DNA from: Octopus sinensis | Lineage: Eukaryota | Reading direction: 5' to 3' | Assembly: GCF_006345805.1 (NCBI RefSeq) | Contig: NW_021825148.1 | Location: 1-23,249 of the forward strand | DNA length: 23,249 nucleotides | Shown: in pieces, positions 20,093 through 23,249 of the stretch | How positions within the stretch are numbered: the first letter of the stretch is position 1 | How the letters are laid out: every line of letters begins with the position of its first letter | Translations under genes and position numbers: made by a program | Notes under the pieces: model-generated | What the model was told of the DNA's origin: nothing | Databases searched by the model: none | The model's input: the letters and a program-made list of their open reading frames with translations, nothing else

Positions 20093-20429
20093 TTATATTA
20101 AATCGATTCTGTGAAAATTAACTAAATTATTAACAGTATATTGACTAATTTAAAACTCTACATACATCATTTCAACAAGATTCTATAAATCCCTGTCGAG
20201 ATCGAAACACTGTCAATTTTTAATGTATTGCTAATTAAGGGGAGAGACCGTGCTACATTGATTAACTTCTCTTATATCAAAGGAGATTCATTTTACTACT
20301 TTTCTTCTCAAATGAAAAAGAACGGTATTGATTGTATTACAGTAGTGTGTGTGTGTGTAGTGTATATATATGTGTGCGTGTAAATATATATGTGTGCGTT
20401 TATATATATATATATAATATATATAATAT

Positions 20430-20473
20430 ATATATGCGTGTGTGTGTGTGTACTATGTGTGCAGGTATGTATG

Positions 20474-20504
<31 letters not shown>

Positions 20505-20534
20505 ATGAGTGTGTATATAGTGTATATGTGTGTG

Positions 20535-20571
<37 letters not shown>

Positions 20572-20736
20572 TAGCTATGTGTGCAGGTATTATATATATA
20601 TATATATATATATAATACCGCACACATAGCTACGCATATATATATATATATATACAGACACACACATATACACTATATACACACTCATACACACACACAC
20701 ATATATATATATACATACATACCTGCACACATAGAT

Positions 20737-20777
<41 letters not shown>
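20430..20777. repeat. Inverted duplication of a compound microsatellite centred on (TA)n
   Basis: Unique interruptions are mirrored across the centre at about 20602: CTATGTGTGCAGGTA/TACCTGCACACATAG, GAGTGTGTATATAGTG/CACTATATACACACTC and TAGCTATGTGTGC/GCACACATAGCTA. Confidence 0.9.
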
Positions 20778-20811
<34 letters not shown>

Positions 20812-21027
20812 TCTGTGTGTGTATGCATGTGTGTGTGTGGGTGTAGGTAGGTAGGTAAGTGTATATGTATTCTGTCCTGCTTATTGTTTATATAATCTTT
20901 TTATCACGGAGTTCAGTGAAAGACCTAACAAAAAGAGCTACGAGTTCAAATCCTTTTAGGGACGAAAATAAATAATGGCGTTGATTAGTGCTATCTTCTA
21001 TAATAAACTTCATTGTTTGTGTGTGGT

Positions 21028-21062
<35 letters not shown>

Positions 21063-21174
21063 ATACATATATACATACATGCGTACATACATACATGCAT
21101 ACATACATACATACATACATACATACATACATACATACATACATACATACATACATACATACATACATACACAC

Positions 21175-21360
21175 ATACCAATCTTGAGAAATTAGGTTTC
21201 TGAAAACCAGAAAGGAGAAAGACTACAGATCCAATCCATCACTGGAACAGTAAAACTCTGTAAAACGTTCCAGAAGTTTATCATTTAAATATATATGAGC
21301 ATGCAACTACAGGCATGAGAAGACATACATAAAAGAAAATATAAAAATCTGCACATATAC
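21175..21360 (+). mobile_element. LINE family B 3' fragment in (CATA)n
   Basis: Homologous to about 14468-14665 (ORF end LQIQSITGTVKLCKTFQKFII* and the start of the 3' UTR). It is preceded by about 110 bp of (CATA)n and followed by CATC/CATA repeats. Confidence 0.9.
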
Positions 21361-21456
21361 ATGCATGCATCCATCCATCCATTCATCCATCAATCCATTC
21401 ATCCATACATACATACATACATACATACATACATACATGCGTACATACATACATAC

Positions 21457-22242
21457 ATGATGACCGTCCACTCATGACCGAGGAAGACCATTGCTGACCT
21501 TCAGAAACGTTGTACGCTCTAGAACTAACTTATATTCTGCATTTGCGGCTCCGTTGCTGGCTAATGAGTCCTACTCTTGACAAGCAGACACGACTGCAAA
21601 CCTTGCAAACCAAGCTTTCCCCCATTCACTACACTAGCAGTGCGCTTTCGAGCAGCATGCTTAAATTCTTCATGCACAATACGTGCTCTTTCAAAGGTGT
21701 CGCCCCCCCCATCCTGCTTCCTCCATCAGTGGCAATGATAGGCATTGCTCTCCCGGTCGGTCTCCTGCATATCACAGGCCTTTAATGGGGATTTGACGCA
21801 GTCCTTAAATCGAAGCCTTGGTTTCTGCCGGGGTCTCTTTTCACTAACAAGTTCTCCATATAGCATGTGTTTAAGGATCCTGCTATTCTTCATTCTAATA
21901 AGGTGTCCAGGCCAACGTAACCAGTGCTTGTGCCCCATCGGCTCAATACTCAAGATATTAACTTTCCTCTAGACCTAAGTGTCTGGAATTTTTAAGATCA
22001 GCCAATATTTAGAATGTGATGAAAGCGTTCAAGGATCTTTACATGACGTCTGTAAAGGGTCCGTGTCTCACATGAGTAAAGCAGCGATGTTAGTACACAT
22101 GCACGGTACACGGAAATTTTTGTTTGCCCTGTGATGTCATGCTGGAACCAGACACGAGACTCAAGAGACCGGAAGGAATCAGTCGCTCTCTACGGCCTGA
22201 AGGATATTTCATCCTCCAGGGAACAAGAACGGCTGAGTACTG
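21457..22242 (-). mobile_element. RTE-clade (BovB-like) LINE, 5'-truncated 3' fragment
   Basis: Degenerate TKISVYRACVLTSLLYSCET, WLRWPGHLIRMKNSRILKHMLYGELVSEKRPRQKPRLRFKD and a terminal zinc-finger remnant CKVCSRVCLSRVGLIS. Stop at 21530-21532, with a 3' end GGACGGTCATCATG. Confidence 0.9.
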
Positions 22243-22477
22243 GTGGAATGTCCACAGTGAAGACCTCAATAAAATGTAAGCACAACAGATCTGATATAAT
22301 GATTTGGGACAGAGAAGAGAAAGTGTACAGTTGTGGAAATTAGCTGCCCAGCGGATGTTAACATAAAGCTGAAGATCAGTAAAAAAGAGAACACCAACGC
22401 TGAACTATTAAGAAATATGCAGTTACTCTATTCAGACTACAAGTTTAGGTTTATACCTGTAATTTTTGGGGTCCTTG
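22243..22477 (+). mobile_element. LINE family B internal fragment (endonuclease region)
   Basis: Homologous to about 14217-14445. Encodes KTSIKCKHNRSDIMIWDREEK and EISCPADVNIKLKISKKENTNAELLRN..FRFIPVIFG. Confidence 0.9.
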
Positions 22478-22782
22478 CACATCCGATTCGGCCAAACGCT
22501 CACCCATCAATTTCAGCCAAATTTAATAAATATATATTACTTTAACTGTATATTATTGTAAAGTATAGAAGCCATCTTATCATGGCTAACCATATTGGGG
22601 AGGGGGTGTTACTGTAGCTTTATAGCCCCAAGAGATCTTCGTCTCTAGCTGGCTTTAGACACAATATCTGTGTCCTTGGAGTATTTGCAAAGGGAGGCCA
22701 TCCCTTCCTCGCAAGCCTGAGTGATACGCTCGAACTAGTTTCGGGATTGTTGTCCCTCGTCAACGGGCGGTAACCACCATAC

Positions 22783-23030
22783 AATGTTTGTAAACAAACG
22801 CAGAAGGCTTTGTAAGTTACGGAGAGAAAGCTTCTATGGAAGACTCATAGTATAATAATAACTGTATAATAATAATAAATTATAATAATATATATTCTCC
22901 GATTTGAAGCGACAATTTTTTTAACACAAACAAATGGCCGAAATATGAAAGTTATTATTATACTATGAGTCTTCCATAGTAGCTTTCTCTCCGTTACTTA
23001 CAAAGCCGTTCTGGTTTGTTTACAAATATT
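22783..23030. mobile_element. Long inverted-repeat element (about 81-bp arms, 86-bp spacer); MITE-like or inverted terminal fragment
   Basis: 22783-22863 is the reverse complement of 22950-23030 with few differences. The inner 30 bp (CTATGGAAGACTCATAGTATAATAATAACT) match perfectly. No clear TSD. Confidence 0.75.
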
Positions 23031-23084
23031 ATGTATGTGCGTATGCGTGTGTGTCTACATATGTGTGTATGTGTATGTGTGTGG

Positions 23085-23127
<43 letters not shown>

Positions 23128-23249
23128 GGCGTAAGAGTGGCTGTGTGGTAAGTAGCTTGCTTACCAACTACATGATTACGAGTTCAGTCCACTGCGTGGC
23201 ATCTTGGGCAAGAGTCTTCTACTATAGCTTCGGGTCGACCAAAGCCTTG
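23128..23249 (+). mobile_element. SINE family 1 5' part, cut by the window end
   Basis: GGCGTAAGAGTGGCTGTGTGGTAAGTAGCTTGC... matches the start of 11102. Confidence 0.9.

Noticed and set aside
211-21203. Dozens of ORFs rich in YI, HT, CV, MYVC or poly-L/I
   Set aside because: They are translations of (TA)n, (CA)n, (TACA)n and (ATT)n microsatellites, which lack stops in some frames.
22590-22775. Structured GC-richer segment with TCCTCGC, like the L3 loop of HDV-type ribozymes found at LINE 5' ends
   Set aside because: I could not assemble P1, P1.1, P2 and P3 consistently by hand. An RNAMotif or Infernal HDV search would settle it.

Overview
This is eukaryotic, AT-rich DNA made mostly of repeats, with no intact host gene that I can recognise. 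The SINE families and the density of (TA)n, (CA)n, (TACA)n and (TAA)n microsatellites point to a coleoid cephalopod, most likely Octopus (inference from recalled repeat families). Retroelements: a 2.9-kb 5'-truncated R4/Dong-type LINE (RT plus restriction-like endonuclease) sitting in (TAA)n, three pieces of a second such family associated with (TACA)n, an RTE 3' fragment, and about a dozen tRNA-derived SINE copies of three families. DNA elements: two internally deleted Tc1/mariner elements with intact TIRs and TA duplications (one with DD36E spacing) and a non-autonomous Helitron. Also present are a damaged tRNA-His fused to a SINE-type tail, three large inverted-repeat structures, and two (possibly three) minimal hammerhead-ribozyme motifs of the Penelope type within the first 2.1 kb. 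Most ORFs in the supplied track are translations of microsatellites. The best leads are the variant hammerheads, the (TACA)n-associated LINE family, the tRNA-His-headed candidate SINE and the DD36E transposon. All alignments and folds were done by eye.
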